Source: a virus | Lineage: Duplodnaviria; Heunggongvirae; Uroviricota; Caudoviricetes | IMG/VR virus record: IMGVR_UViG_2778261171_000002 | Length of the DNA: 18,784 nt | Reading direction: 5' to 3' (one strand) | Shown: in pieces, positions 8,534-17,331 of the stretch | Position numbering within the stretch: position 1 is the stretch's first letter | Layout of the letters: every line of letters starts with the position of its first letter | Made by a program: the position numbers and the translations under genes | Notes under the pieces: model-generated | Seen by the model: only the letters and a program-made list of their open reading frames with translations | The model's database searches: none | Told to the model about the DNA's origin: nothing

Positions 8534-9220
8534 TTAGAAGTTCAGATTTTTCAGTGCATTCAGTGCAGAGCCCACATCCTCAGCGTCGCGCAGGGACAGT
8601 GCGCCATAGCCCCCGGCCATGAATGCTTTGGCCTGGGTACGGGAGAGTCCGACATCACGCAGGACTCTTTCGATTTTTTTCTGTTCGGGGATTTCCCCGC
8701 GGGCCAGTGCGTTCTTGACGTCGCTGATCCGCGCCTCGTCGTTAGACGGGAACGTCACCAGGCTGACTTCCCAGAGGTCGATTTCTTTCAGCAGAAAGGC
8801 TTCTTTGCTCCGGTCGTATTCCCAGTCTTTCAGGACGTACCCAATAGAAAGGCCGGTTAACGAACCGGCCTTCATGTGTGCATGTGCGCGTTTTGCGAGG
8901 GGATCATCATCAATAAGCAACCGTCCCCTGACGTAAAGCCCGACATCGTCTTCCTTCATTTCGGTGTAAACACCGATGGGTTCATCCATGCGGTGCTGCC
9001 AGAGCAGCGCAGGTAACGCTTTTCTGTCACTCCACGCCCGCAGGGAAGCGGCAAATGCCCCTGACATCACCACATCATCGTGGCTGTCCTTTACACCAAA
9101 GACGGAGCCATACCCTTCAAACTCACCGGAGTCACTGACAGATTTCAGACTCAGCGGTACATCAAGACGTTGTTTCGTCTGCATTGGCGTTATCCTTCTG
9201 CTTACCGGCTTTACTGCCAT
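8534..9220 (-). CDS. Prohead protease, HK97 family (228 aa; true start probably internal Met near 9184)
   Basis: Position between portal and capsid; N-terminal region EFEGYGSVFGVKDSHDDVVMSGAF typical of HK97-type prohead proteases. Confidence 0.8.
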   Translation of the reverse strand: MAVKPVSRRITPMQTKQRLDVPLSLKSVSDSGEFEGYGSVFGVKDSHDDVVMSGAFAASLRAWSDRKALPALLWQHRMDEPIGVYTEMKEDDVGLYVRGRLLIDDDPLAKRAHAHMKAGSLTGLSIGYVLKDWEYDRSKEAFLLKEIDLWEVSLVTFPSNDEARISDVKNALARGEIPEQKKIERVLRDVGLSRTQAKAFMAGGYGALSLRDAEDVGSALNALKNLNF

Positions 9221-10403
9221 CGGAGGGTTTCGTGGTCATGTTCATCGGTGTGAGATAGACATCACCACCGGGACGCGGATTCATATCTTCCAGGTCGCGG
9301 CAGTCATTGGGAGAGTAAATTCCCCAATTGATCCCGGTAGCGTAGGCTTCAAAACGGGACTTCATATCCCCGCGCAGTAAGGCCCCGGCGTTAAATTTGG
9401 CGTAATAAACGCCCTGCTTACTTTTTCGTACCAGTCCGGTGTTGATCCGCTGCTCAATGCGGGTCAGATACGGCACCAGTGAATAGTTGATAAATCCCAG
9501 CCCCAGCTCTTCGATATTGTTGAAGGTGGCGCGATCGGTGTTCTGCACCATGTGCAACGGCACCCGGAACAGACGACAGATTTCTTCAAGCTGAAACTTG
9601 CGGGTTTCCAGGAACTGGCTGTCCTCGGCGTTCAGCGCCATCGACTTCCAGTCCAGCCCCATCTCAAGGATCATCGGGCGGTGAGCATTGCCAAGCCCGG
9701 TGTGACGCTCCTCAAAATCTTTCTTCAGGCGCTCATAAGCCTGATCTGACAGCGTCTGCTCTGTACGCAACACACCCGACGTCACCGCGCCATTGCTGAA
9801 CAGTCTGGCCCCGTGCTCTTCGGTCGCAGCTGCCAGCGATATTGCCTCGCGGGCATAGGCGATGGGATTCAGCCCCACCAGACCGTCCAGCGTCAGCGTG
9901 CGCACATGCCAGATATCTTCCTGGCTCAGTACATCCGTAGAGCCGTCCGGGAATGTGACCTGATAGACCGGCTCCCAGCTACTGTTAAGCTTCGGTACCA
10001 CACAGCCGGGATCGACGGGCAGCAGTTCAGCCACTTCGCCAAATGCTTTCACTTTGTAGGCGTAAAAGTTTCCCCGCAGGCACAGACAGGTGACCACCAG
10101 CTCCCAGAACTCCTGCGGCGTCATATAGCCATTGGGATGCGTGGAGATCAGCTTATGCAGACGCTCGCCGGTGGCTCTCTGTTTCAGGCTGCCGTTCAGG
10201 TGATACAGATTGCAGGGCAACATCCCGACCGACTCTGCCAGCACCCTGACGCAGGAAAAAACCGCCGTCAGTCGCATGGCCCGCTGGCTGCTGATCTGCT
10301 TTCCGGTATAGGTGTCGTAGGACAACCCGATAGCATCCGCCAGCTCTGCTGGCGTGGTCACCGGTGCGTCACTTTTTCGTTGAAATAATCCCGAAAAGAA
10401 CAC
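9162..10403 (-). CDS. Portal protein, HK97 family (413 aa)
   Basis: About 410 aa protein between terminase and protease; acidic C-terminus. Confidence 0.85.
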   Translation of the reverse strand: MFFSGLFQRKSDAPVTTPAELADAIGLSYDTYTGKQISSQRAMRLTAVFSCVRVLAESVGMLPCNLYHLNGSLKQRATGERLHKLISTHPNGYMTPQEFWELVVTCLCLRGNFYAYKVKAFGEVAELLPVDPGCVVPKLNSSWEPVYQVTFPDGSTDVLSQEDIWHVRTLTLDGLVGLNPIAYAREAISLAAATEEHGARLFSNGAVTSGVLRTEQTLSDQAYERLKKDFEERHTGLGNAHRPMILEMGLDWKSMALNAEDSQFLETRKFQLEEICRLFRVPLHMVQNTDRATFNNIEELGLGFINYSLVPYLTRIEQRINTGLVRKSKQGVYYAKFNAGALLRGDMKSRFEAYATGINWGIYSPNDCRDLEDMNPRPGGDVYLTPMNMTTKPSDGSKAGKQKDNANADETTS

Positions 10404-10585
10404 TATTTACCTCCGCCGACAGACGACTGTGTACGGTCGAGATATCGCGCCACCAGCCACGACCAGAACAGGCACAACGCCCCGGCAACAACAAACCCCG
10501 CCGGGGGATAAATCAGCCAGGCACCATACGCCAGCAAAAGCGCCCCCAGCACGCCCACCAGAGGCGCGAGAATCAGCATGATCAT
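10403..10585 (-). CDS. Small two-helix membrane protein (60 aa)
   Basis: Two hydrophobic segments ([23 protein letters not shown] and [16 protein letters not shown]); wedged between large terminase and portal. Confidence 0.4.
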
Positions 10586-10596
10586 AATTACCTCAG

Positions 10597-12330
10597 TTAA
10601 AGCGAGCGGATCCCATAGGACTCAATGTGGTCAGACAACGTGTCTTCTTTCTCGTACAGCATGGCTCTGCCAACCGCCATAATCAGCGCAACTGCACCAT
10701 CGATTTTGTTTTCCGCCTGCTCTTTGACGGGCTTCACCACATCATCGTTACCCGGAATGGTTTTGCCGACCACGTTGCCGATACACCAGGTCATGATGGG
10801 ATTGCCATCATGATGAAAGCGCCCCGATTCAATTGCCGCTTCCAGCTCTTTCATCGGGTCGGACATGTTGGTGTAGTTCTGAATGATAGTGACGGGATTC
10901 AGGTCTTCATCAGCAAGGTCATGTGACAACCCGGTCGCCCCGAAGGGGTCGATGGGTGACTCACTGACCGGGCTGATTTTGTTCGCCGCTTTGGCCTCCT
11001 CGAGGATGTAGCGATAATCCACCTCCGCACCATCGGTAACGGTCAGAACGCCCATTTCCACCCATTTCTGAAAGCGTTCGGCTGTCCGGCGATCTTCATT
11101 TTTCTCGACGCTGTACACCGTGTCATACGGTACCCAGAAGCGCGGAGCCACACTGTAGTAATGCGTTTTACCGTCAATCTCGCGGGTATAAAGTCGCGCC
11201 ATGCTGTTCATATCCAGCTTACGCGCCAGGTCAAAGGCCAGAATGCACGGTTGCCCCTCGAACTGTTCAAGGGTCAGTGATTTATCCTCGCAGCTCTGCC
11301 AGCTCACCAGGTTGAAATACGCCGAACGCGCCGACACCCAGATATTGAGGTGTTTTGTTTTAAAGACGTTTGCCAGACGGGCGTTATTTTTCGCACGCTG
11401 CTGCTGACTTAACAAAAATTCGCGATAAACCGACACGCCAATATTCGGGTTAGCTTTTTCCAGCACCTGCGGGTCGGTCCAGTCATCGCCTTCGTCAACG
11501 GTATAGATGATCCCGAACAGTTCATCGTTGGGTACCGAACCGTTGAGCATCTCGATAACTTCCCGCCGCTTGTCGTAGCACGGCCCCTCAATGTTGTACC
11601 CGGCGGTGGTGATGGCCCACATCAGTGGCTGACGTCGCGCGCCCATCCCGGTAAGCATCGTGGTATAAAGCGCATCGGTGGCGTGCTCGTGATATTCATC
11701 CACCACGGCACAGTGGGGTGATGAACCATCACCGGGGTTACCGATCAGCGGTTCAAACCGCGCGCCATCCTCCGGACGGTTCATGTTTGAGGCGTTAACC
11801 TCAATCCCGAACGCTTCCGTCAGCATGGGTGTGCGTTTACACATCAGTCGCGCCGGGCGAAAGACTTCCCACGCCTGTTTCTCTGTCGTGGCACCGGAAT
11901 ACACTTCCGCGCCAAACTCGTTATCACAGGCAAAACAATACAGGGCAACACCGGCAGAGATTGCCGATTTGCCGTTCTTACGGGGGATTTCGGTATACAC
12001 CTCCCTGAAGCGGCGCAGCCGGGAGCCTTTATTGACCCAGCCAAACGCACAGCAGATCACAAAGAGCTGCCACGGTTCCAGCGTGATGGGCATCCTCTTG
12101 AATGCCCACTCCCCCTTGGTGTGTGGCAACAGCTGAATAAATTTCGCGGCCCGTTCAGCCAGGTCCTTGTCGAAGCGGTAACGAAACGACTTACTTTTTT
12201 CCGCCATCAGGTCATCAAGATGGCGCTGGCAGGCCTGAATCACAAACTGGCAGGCCACAATCTTTCCGCGCACGACATCACGGGCATACTGATTGGCAGC
12301 ATTTACGTTGGGGTAAGATTTCCGGCTCAT
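10597..12330 (-). CDS. Terminase large subunit (577 aa)
   Basis: Walker A-like PRKNGKS motif; size and position downstream of the small subunit with a 4-nt overlap. Confidence 0.9.
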
Positions 12331-12830
12331 GATTCGATGATTTTCAGAAACTGGTTAGTGGCTTTCTTCTGCCCCGCCAGGCCAATCAGACGCTGGCGGC
12401 TGCTGGGGTCGAGTCCGAGCATTGCCCCCGTGCTGCTCATCTCGGACTCCTGTTCTTTCTTGGCGGTCAGCTCCGGATTTTTGACCATGCCACCCATTGC
12501 ACCGGTGATGGTGTTGCCCTGTCTGGCAATATTTTTCACGGCACGCCGCCAGAACTCGTAGGCCACGCACCACCGCTCAAGCACCGCGAGGTCAGTCACG
12601 CACAGCAGGCCCTGACCGCAGAGTTCTTTGGTTGTCAGTTGCCACATGATCGTGGCGAGAGGGAGATCTTCTTCAGCGAACCACTCCGGTGGCTCAACAC
12701 CTTTGATGGGCGTAAAAACAGGTTCATCTTTATTCAGGGCTCGCTTGCCGGGGTTTCCGGCCAGCGCCTTGCGCGCCGTTGGCTTGGGGCGACGCCCGGA
12801 ACGCCCCGCCGTTCCAGCCATATGCGGCAC
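12327..12830 (-). CDS. Terminase small subunit, P27 family (track start GTG; likely ATG start at about 12821)
   Basis: N-terminus [15 protein letters not shown] characteristic of P27-family small terminases; adjacent to HNH and large terminase. Confidence 0.8.
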   Translation of the reverse strand: MPHMAGTAGRSGRRPKPTARKALAGNPGKRALNKDEPVFTPIKGVEPPEWFAEEDLPLATIMWQLTTKELCGQGLLCVTDLAVLERWCVAYEFWRRAVKNIARQGNTITGAMGGMVKNPELTAKKEQESEMSSTGAMLGLDPSSRQRLIGLAGQKKATNQFLKIIES

Positions 12831-12871
12831 TCCTGGTTAAATTTCATTTTTCGCGGGTATAAAAAAACGAT

Positions 12872-12920
12872 GGGGCGGGCAGTCCGGAAGACGTCAGGCC
12901 GCAGGGATTTGACCCGCCCC
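12872..12920. promoter_or_regulatory. Candidate cos / packaging-recognition region (8-bp inverted repeat GGGGCGGG ... CCCGCCCC)
   Basis: Inverted repeat arms separated by about 33 nt in the 116-bp gap between the HNH gene and the small terminase gene. Confidence 0.3.
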
Positions 12921-12946
12921 TCCCCTCAGGCAGTTGAGAATCATTA

Positions 12947-13297
12947 TCACTTCAACCGTTCACGGGCCGTCTTCGCCTTATGACACGGCCAGCACAGACT
13001 CTGCAGATTACAGTCGGCATCAGTGCCGCCATGCGCTTTAGGGATGATGTGGTCAACGGTTTTCGCCTCACGTACCACACCACCACGCAGACATAACTGA
13101 CACAGGCCTTTGTCACGCTTCAGTACACGTTCACGGATAGCATCCCATTTCGAACCGTAGCCGCGCTGATGACGGGACTGGCCTGGCTTGTATTGCCTCC
13201 AGCCTTCGCTTTTGTGGCTTTCGCAGTAGCCTGACGGGTCTGTGGTGGTATGGCGGCAGCCACGAACACGGCAGGCTTTTGGGATTCGTGATGGCAT
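12947..13297 (-). CDS. HNH endonuclease (116 aa from ATG at 13297; the track ORF extends to a TTG at 13396)
   Basis: Cys-rich zinc-finger-like N-terminus, HNH core DHIIPKAHGG...N...LCWPCH; GGAG Shine-Dalgarno before the ATG; sits next to the terminase as in HK97-type cos phages. Confidence 0.85.
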   Translation of the reverse strand: MPSRIPKACRVRGCRHTTTDPSGYCESHKSEGWRQYKPGQSRHQRGYGSKWDAIRERVLKRDKGLCQLCLRGGVVREAKTVDHIIPKAHGGTDADCNLQSLCWPCHKAKTARERLK

Positions 13298-13417
13298 ATG
13301 TACTCCAATGAAGAAGCCACCGACATAGCCTCCTCCATTCATCGTGAAACTATTTTCATCTACCCAGTAATGAATTCTTTGTAGAGTTGTGATCAATACA
13401 ACTCACTAATGGAGAGG

Positions 13418-13439
13418 CTTGTCCAACACGTTGGACAAG
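13418..13439. promoter_or_regulatory. 22-bp near-perfect palindrome CTTGTCCAAC-AC-GTTGGACAAG, candidate operator
   Basis: 10-bp perfect inverted arms with a 2-nt spacer in the divergent intergenic region between the HNH gene and the plus-strand small ORF and bor. Confidence 0.4.
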
Positions 13440-13519
13440 TTTCCTGTTTGATTTACTGGACACTATAGAAGGACAGAATGCCTTCATCACTCGAATAACA
13501 TCAATTAAGGAGGTTCAAC

Positions 13520-13642
13520 ATGTTTCATTCCACAAATCATCAGGCTGTAATTATGGCTGCATCAGCTTGTGCCACAGACCTTTTCCGCTTCACTTTGAGC
13601 CTGATTCATTTCTACCTGACCGGCTCGCCTCTATCTTTTTAA
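13520..13642 (+). CDS. Small hypothetical protein (40 aa) with a near-consensus Shine-Dalgarno
   Basis: AAGGAGG 6 nt upstream of ATG; ORF MFHSTNHQAVIMAASACATDLFRFTLSLIHFYLTGSPLSF; same strand as and upstream of bor. Confidence 0.4.
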   Translation: MFHSTNHQAVIMAASACATDLFRFTLSLIHFYLTGSPLSF

Positions 13643-13822
13643 TCCCCGCTTTATCCAAATTGCATTGCCAGAATGCCGACAACAGACTGACATTCAAATC
13701 CTGACTACCTCCAATAGTCTGACCGTACACCTATATAGTTTTAATTTTCATCAATCCATTTAACTATCGTTTAATTGTTGTCACATAGGATTCTGCCGTT
13801 TTTAACAATGCAGGATAATAAG

Positions 13823-14116
13823 ATGAAAAAAATGTTGTTTTCTGCCGCTCTGGCAATGCTTATTACAGGATGTGCTCAACAGACGTTTACTGTTGGAAAC
13901 AAACCGACAGCAGTAACACCAAAGGAAACCATCACCCATCATTTCTTCGTTTCGGGAATTGGACAGGAGAAAACTGTTGATGCAGCCAAAATTTGTGGCG
14001 GCGCAGAAAATGTGGTTAAAACAGAAACCCAGCAAACATTCGTAAATGGATTGCTCGGTTTTATTACTTTAGGCATTTATACTCCGCTGGAAGCGCGGGT
14101 GTATTGCTCACAATAA
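13823..14116 (+). CDS. bor: Bor lipoprotein (97 aa; the track ORF starts upstream at 13775)
   Basis: MKKMLFSAALAMLITGCAQQTF with lipobox LITGC; near-identical in memory to lambda Bor; opposite strand to the lysis genes as in lambda. Confidence 0.9.
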   Translation: MKKMLFSAALAMLITGCAQQTFTVGNKPTAVTPKETITHHFFVSGIGQEKTVDAAKICGGAENVVKTETQQTFVNGLLGFITLGIYTPLEARVYCSQ

Positions 14117-14147
14117 TTGCATGAGTTGCCCATCGATATGGGCAGCG

Positions 14148-14609
14148 CTATCTGCACTGCTCATTAATATACTTCTGGGTTCCTTCCAGTTGTTTTTGCA
14201 TAGTGATCAGCCTCTCTCTGAGGGTGAAATAATCCCGTTCAGCGGTGTCTGCCAGTCGGGGGGAGGCTGCATTATCCACGCCGGAGGCGGTGGTGGCTTC
14301 ACGCACTGACTGACAGACTGCTTTGATGTGCAACCGACGACGACCAGCGGCAACATCATCACGCAGAGCATCATTTTCAGCTTTCGCATCAGCTAACTCC
14401 TTCGTGTATTTTGCATCGAGCGCAGCAACATCACGCTGACGCATCTGCATGTCAGTAATTGTCGAGTTCGCCAGCTTCAGTTCTCTGCCATTTTTGTCGC
14501 GCTGGGCTTTGTAGGTAATGGCGTTATCGCGGTAATGATTAACAGCCCATGACAAGCAAACGATGATGCAGATAACCAGAGCGGAAATAATCGCGGTTAC
14601 TCTGCTCAT
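14148..14609 (-). CDS. Rz: Rz spanin, inner-membrane subunit (153 aa)
   Basis: N-terminal transmembrane segment and coiled-coil body; lambda Rz-like sequence; follows R with a 4-nt overlap. Confidence 0.9.
   Translation of the reverse strand: MSRVTAIISALVICIIVCLSWAVNHYRDNAITYKAQRDKNGRELKLANSTITDMQMRQRDVAALDAKYTKELADAKAENDALRDDVAAGRRRLHIKAVCQSVREATTASGVDNAASPRLADTAERDYFTLRERLITMQKQLEGTQKYINEQCR
14207..14389 (-). CDS. Rz1: Rz1 spanin, outer-membrane lipoprotein (60 aa), embedded in Rz in the +1 frame
   Basis: Lipobox VVVGC and proline-rich [15 protein letters not shown]; entirely nested inside Rz. Confidence 0.85.
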   Translation of the reverse strand: MRKLKMMLCVMMLPLVVVGCTSKQSVSQCVKPPPPPAWIMQPPPDWQTPLNGIISPSERG

Positions 14610-15082
14610 ACCTCAATCTCTCTGACCGTTCCGCCTGCTTCTTTGAATTTTGCAATCAGGCTGTCAGCCTTATGCTCGAACTGACCATAACCAGCGCCCG
14701 GCAGTGAAGCCCAGATATTGCTGCAACGGTCAATTGCCTGACGAATATCACCGCGATCAATCATCGGTAAAGCGCCACGCTCTTTAATCTGCTGCAATGC
14801 CACAGCGTCCTGGCTTTTCGGAGAGAAGTCTTTCAGGCCAAGCTGCTTACGATAGGAATCCCACCAACGGGAAAGAAGCTGGTAGCGCCCGGCTGCTGTT
14901 GATTTGAGTTTTGGGTTTAGCGTGACAAGTTTGCGAGGGTGATCGGAGTAATCAGTAAATAGCTCTCCGCCTACAATGACGTCATAACCATGATTTCTGG
15001 TTTTCTGCCGTCCGTTATCCGTTCCTTCTGACCATGCCACCATATCGAGGAAAGCCTTACGCTGAGGATTAAGATTTTGCAT
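14606..15082 (-). CDS. R: Endolysin, lambda R-type lytic transglycosylase (158 aa)
   Basis: Sequence [45 protein letters not shown] closely matches lambda R as remembered; ATG start. Confidence 0.9.
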   Translation of the reverse strand: MQNLNPQRKAFLDMVAWSEGTDNGRQKTRNHGYDVIVGGELFTDYSDHPRKLVTLNPKLKSTAAGRYQLLSRWWDSYRKQLGLKDFSPKSQDAVALQQIKERGALPMIDRGDIRQAIDRCSNIWASLPGAGYGQFEHKADSLIAKFKEAGGTVREIEV

Positions 15083-15374
15083 TTTTCACCCCTGTCAGTC
15101 GTTCCCAGAAGTACGTCAGTGCAACCGAACCCATCGCACCACTAATCCCCGCTGTCGCGAGAATCATGTAAATACTGAATCCACTTTCGATGCTGATCAG
15201 GCCACCAATAACACCGGTGAATCCTGATACCACTATCTGAGCCAGAGCATTTATCCAACTCCACGTTGCTTTACTCTGCTTCACATCTATCAGGTAGCGG
15301 ACCAGACCGCCCCAACCTGCGATGATCAGCAAAACGAGCCAGAACGCTCCGGCAAGGCTCTCTTTTTCGTGCAT
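15069..15374 (-). CDS. Putative holin (about 101 aa from ATG at 15374; track start is a TTG at 15386)
   Basis: Immediately upstream of and overlapping R; hydrophobic segments; not lambda S-like. Confidence 0.6.
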   Translation of the reverse strand: MHEKESLAGAFWLVLLIIAGWGGLVRYLIDVKQSKATWSWINALAQIVVSGFTGVIGGLISIESGFSIYMILATAGISGAMGSVALTYFWERLTGVKNAKS

Positions 15375-15489
15375 ATGAATAGCCAATATTTCGCCGCCGA
15401 CAAAAGGCCGGGACGTTAAATGTCAGAAATCAGGCTCACGGGGTAATTTAACGACAAAGCACGGAGTTGATGCTCCCCGCAAGCCTGGA

Positions 15490-15514
15490 ATAAAAAAGCC
15501 AGCATGTAGCTGGC
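15490..15514 (-). terminator. Rho-independent terminator in the Q-holin intergenic region (candidate tR')
   Basis: Minus-strand hairpin GCCAGC-TACAT-GCTGGC followed by TTTTTTATT, about 180 nt downstream of the Q stop. Confidence 0.5.
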
Positions 15515-15695
15515 AACAGAGGGTTAAGCAATATCAACTCAACAGCTGAAGACACCCTGGCTGGGGTAGGTTGGAAGGCTACTCACCGTCCAGAAACAGA
15601 AAAGCCCAAAGTTTTAAACCTCGGGCTTGAATTTGGATTACTGCCAGTGCGTACAACATTGGCAAAATATCAGATTTACACGAAATATATACTTT

Positions 15696-16385
15696 TTAAT
15701 CCATTTTTGCAATACTTTGCTGTGAAAATGTCGTCTTTTGTTTTGAACGTGCTTTCGTTAAAAGCAATAAAGCTTGGCTATCAAGCTGTAGAAAAATGTG
15801 CTTCATTGCAACCCAGCGTTCAGTGAATGTCTCAGACCAGTTTTTTGATGTCACTCCCACCAGTGATGCCAGCTCCTGGTATTCATAGGTCTTACGCCCT
15901 GCCAGCTCGTTCTTCACATCCTGTGCCGCCAGCCAGATCAACTTCTTCAAACGTTCCAGTGTTTTACCTGCAATTTTCCTGGTACCCAACAGAGTCTTAA
16001 ACTCGCTCCATGCCCACTGCGTTATGGTGACCTGATGTTCCCAGCGAACACTTTCGCTGTAACTCCACAGCAACCACGCTTTCTGATGTTCTTCGAGAGA
16101 CAGAACCGCGCGGCGCCATGACGAGGTTGAGAACTCAACCTGGCTGACCAGTGCAATGGATGAACCTTTTGCGTACGACTGCTTACCAGAAATCGGCGGA
16201 TTATCCAGCGTAATCATCCTGCCCGTTACCTCATCCAGAATGCGCGGCTTCTTTCGTTTATATGTACCAGTATCAAATTGTGCATGCTCCAGCCAGGCTT
16301 CAAGCTGGCCTTTCGTTGCTCCGCTCAAATCAGCAGTAGCCACAATGAGTTGCTCGCGGACATACTGTAAATATTGGGTATTCAT
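15696..16385 (-). CDS. Late-gene antiterminator Q (229 aa), assigned by position
   Basis: Located between the nin genes (rusA, ylcG-like) and the lysis cassette, followed by a promoter/terminator-like region; its start overlaps the ylcG-like stop (ATGA). Confidence 0.6.
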   Translation of the reverse strand: MNTQYLQYVREQLIVATADLSGATKGQLEAWLEHAQFDTGTYKRKKPRILDEVTGRMITLDNPPISGKQSYAKGSSIALVSQVEFSTSSWRRAVLSLEEHQKAWLLWSYSESVRWEHQVTITQWAWSEFKTLLGTRKIAGKTLERLKKLIWLAAQDVKNELAGRKTYEYQELASLVGVTSKNWSETFTERWVAMKHIFLQLDSQALLLLTKARSKQKTTFSQQSIAKMD

Positions 16386-16519
16386 GCGGCAGCTCCTTTC
16401 AGTGTTTTGGCGTAATTCTTCAGTATCCGGTAATCGGTCAAAACAGAACCGGGGAAACGATATAAGCGCAGGCGCATCCAGCGGTGGCGAAGACGTTCTG
16501 CCATATAAGACTCAAACAT
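16382..16519 (-). CDS. ylcG: YlcG-like small protein (45 aa), translationally coupled between rusA and Q
   Basis: ATG overlaps the rusA stop (TGATG) and its TGA overlaps the Q ATG (ATGA); translation [45 protein letters not shown]. Confidence 0.5.
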   Translation of the reverse strand: MFESYMAERLRHRWMRLRLYRFPGSVLTDYRILKNYAKTLKGAAA

Positions 16520-16881
16520 CATTCATCTCCCAGTTCAGTGATGGTCAGTTCCAGCTTCCCACCTTTGGTAACGGGCATCTTCACAACACGGTAATCAACG
16601 ACCTGAGCATCATCCAGCCAGAAACCTGCTTTGGTGAGTGCGTCAAAAGCGGCTTTTTGCAGATTATCCAGGTCACGGCGACGGCGATCCGGCATGTGGC
16701 ACTCAATACGGATTTTCACTGGCATAGCCAGGCCGATATCCAGCATGGAGCCTTTGATGATTCGGGCGACGTTATCGCGGTATGCCTGCCCTTCTGCGCT
16801 GATGTGTGTGCGCCCGCGATTATGGCGGTAATAGCGATTATTGCTCGGAGGCCAGGGTAATGTGATGCTGTAGGTATTCAC
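16519..16881 (-). CDS. rusA: RusA Holliday-junction resolvase (120 aa)
   Basis: [24 protein letters not shown]... matches E. coli DLP12 RusA as remembered; GTG start overlapping the upstream stop. Confidence 0.9.
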   Translation of the reverse strand: MNTYSITLPWPPSNNRYYRHNRGRTHISAEGQAYRDNVARIIKGSMLDIGLAMPVKIRIECHMPDRRRRDLDNLQKAAFDALTKAGFWLDDAQVVDYRVVKMPVTKGGKLELTITELGDE

Positions 16882-17168
16882 GCCTTAATAACCCCCTCTT
16901 TCAGCCAGATAACCTGTGTTCTCGCCATACCTTCCAGCGCGCATTCTTTTGCATACTCAGCATCGACAAAATGTGTGCGGCGGTCGATTTCGTCGTGACA
17001 GGCAGAACATGCGATGGTGGCAATCAGGTCTGGCGGTTTGATACCGGTACCGCACAATCCAGCCAGCCGGATATGTGCCAGTACAGACGTTTCAGAATTG
17101 CCATTACATACGCCAGGGATTCTTACCTGGCATTCCCGACCACGCGCTGCTTTTCTCAAATCAGCCAT
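16878..17168 (-). CDS. YbcO-like protein (Cys-rich, about 96 aa from the internal ATG)
   Basis: Cys-rich motifs ([14 protein letters not shown]); position between ninE and rusA as in DLP12; the track ORF starts further upstream at 17207. Confidence 0.6.
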   Translation of the reverse strand: MADLRKAARGRECQVRIPGVCNGNSETSVLAHIRLAGLCGTGIKPPDLIATIACSACHDEIDRRTHFVDAEYAKECALEGMARTQVIWLKEGVIKA

Positions 17169-17331
17169 GATTCCTCCTTGCTGCCAGTCGCAACCATTTT
17201 TTATCAACCAGGCTGGCGGTATATCCGAGCAGAGTTGGTATTTCGGATGGCTTCAGCTCAGGTTTACGCTTACGACGATTTGGTACTTTGTAGATGTGTC
17301 CGTTCATGACACGAATAAGCGGTGTAGCCAT
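17161..17331 (-). CDS. ninE: NinE-like protein (56 aa from the internal ATG)
   Basis: Basic small protein with RRKRKP motif; ATG overlaps the ninB stop (TAATG); the track ORF of 77 aa starts upstream. Confidence 0.65.
   Translation of the reverse strand: MATPLIRVMNGHIYKVPNRRKRKPELKPSEIPTLLGYTASLVDKKWLRLAARRNHG

Noticed and set aside
7668-8537. 289-aa plus-strand ORF
   Set aside because: Lies entirely antisense to the major capsid gene; no ribosome-binding site seen and no recognisable protein features. Treated as a shadow ORF of a GC-rich coding region.
8188-8622. 144-aa plus-strand ORF rich in Ser, Cys and Pro
   Set aside because: Low-complexity translation of the antisense strand of the capsid/protease region.
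15387-15695. Possible tRNA or toxin cargo between Q and the holin, as in Stx phages
   Set aside because: The region is only about 309 bp, has no ORF and no tRNA-like conserved arms; it is better explained as a late promoter/terminator region.
16156-16860. 234-aa plus-strand ORF
   Set aside because: Antisense across the Q, ylcG-like and rusA genes, which are tightly coupled on the minus strand.
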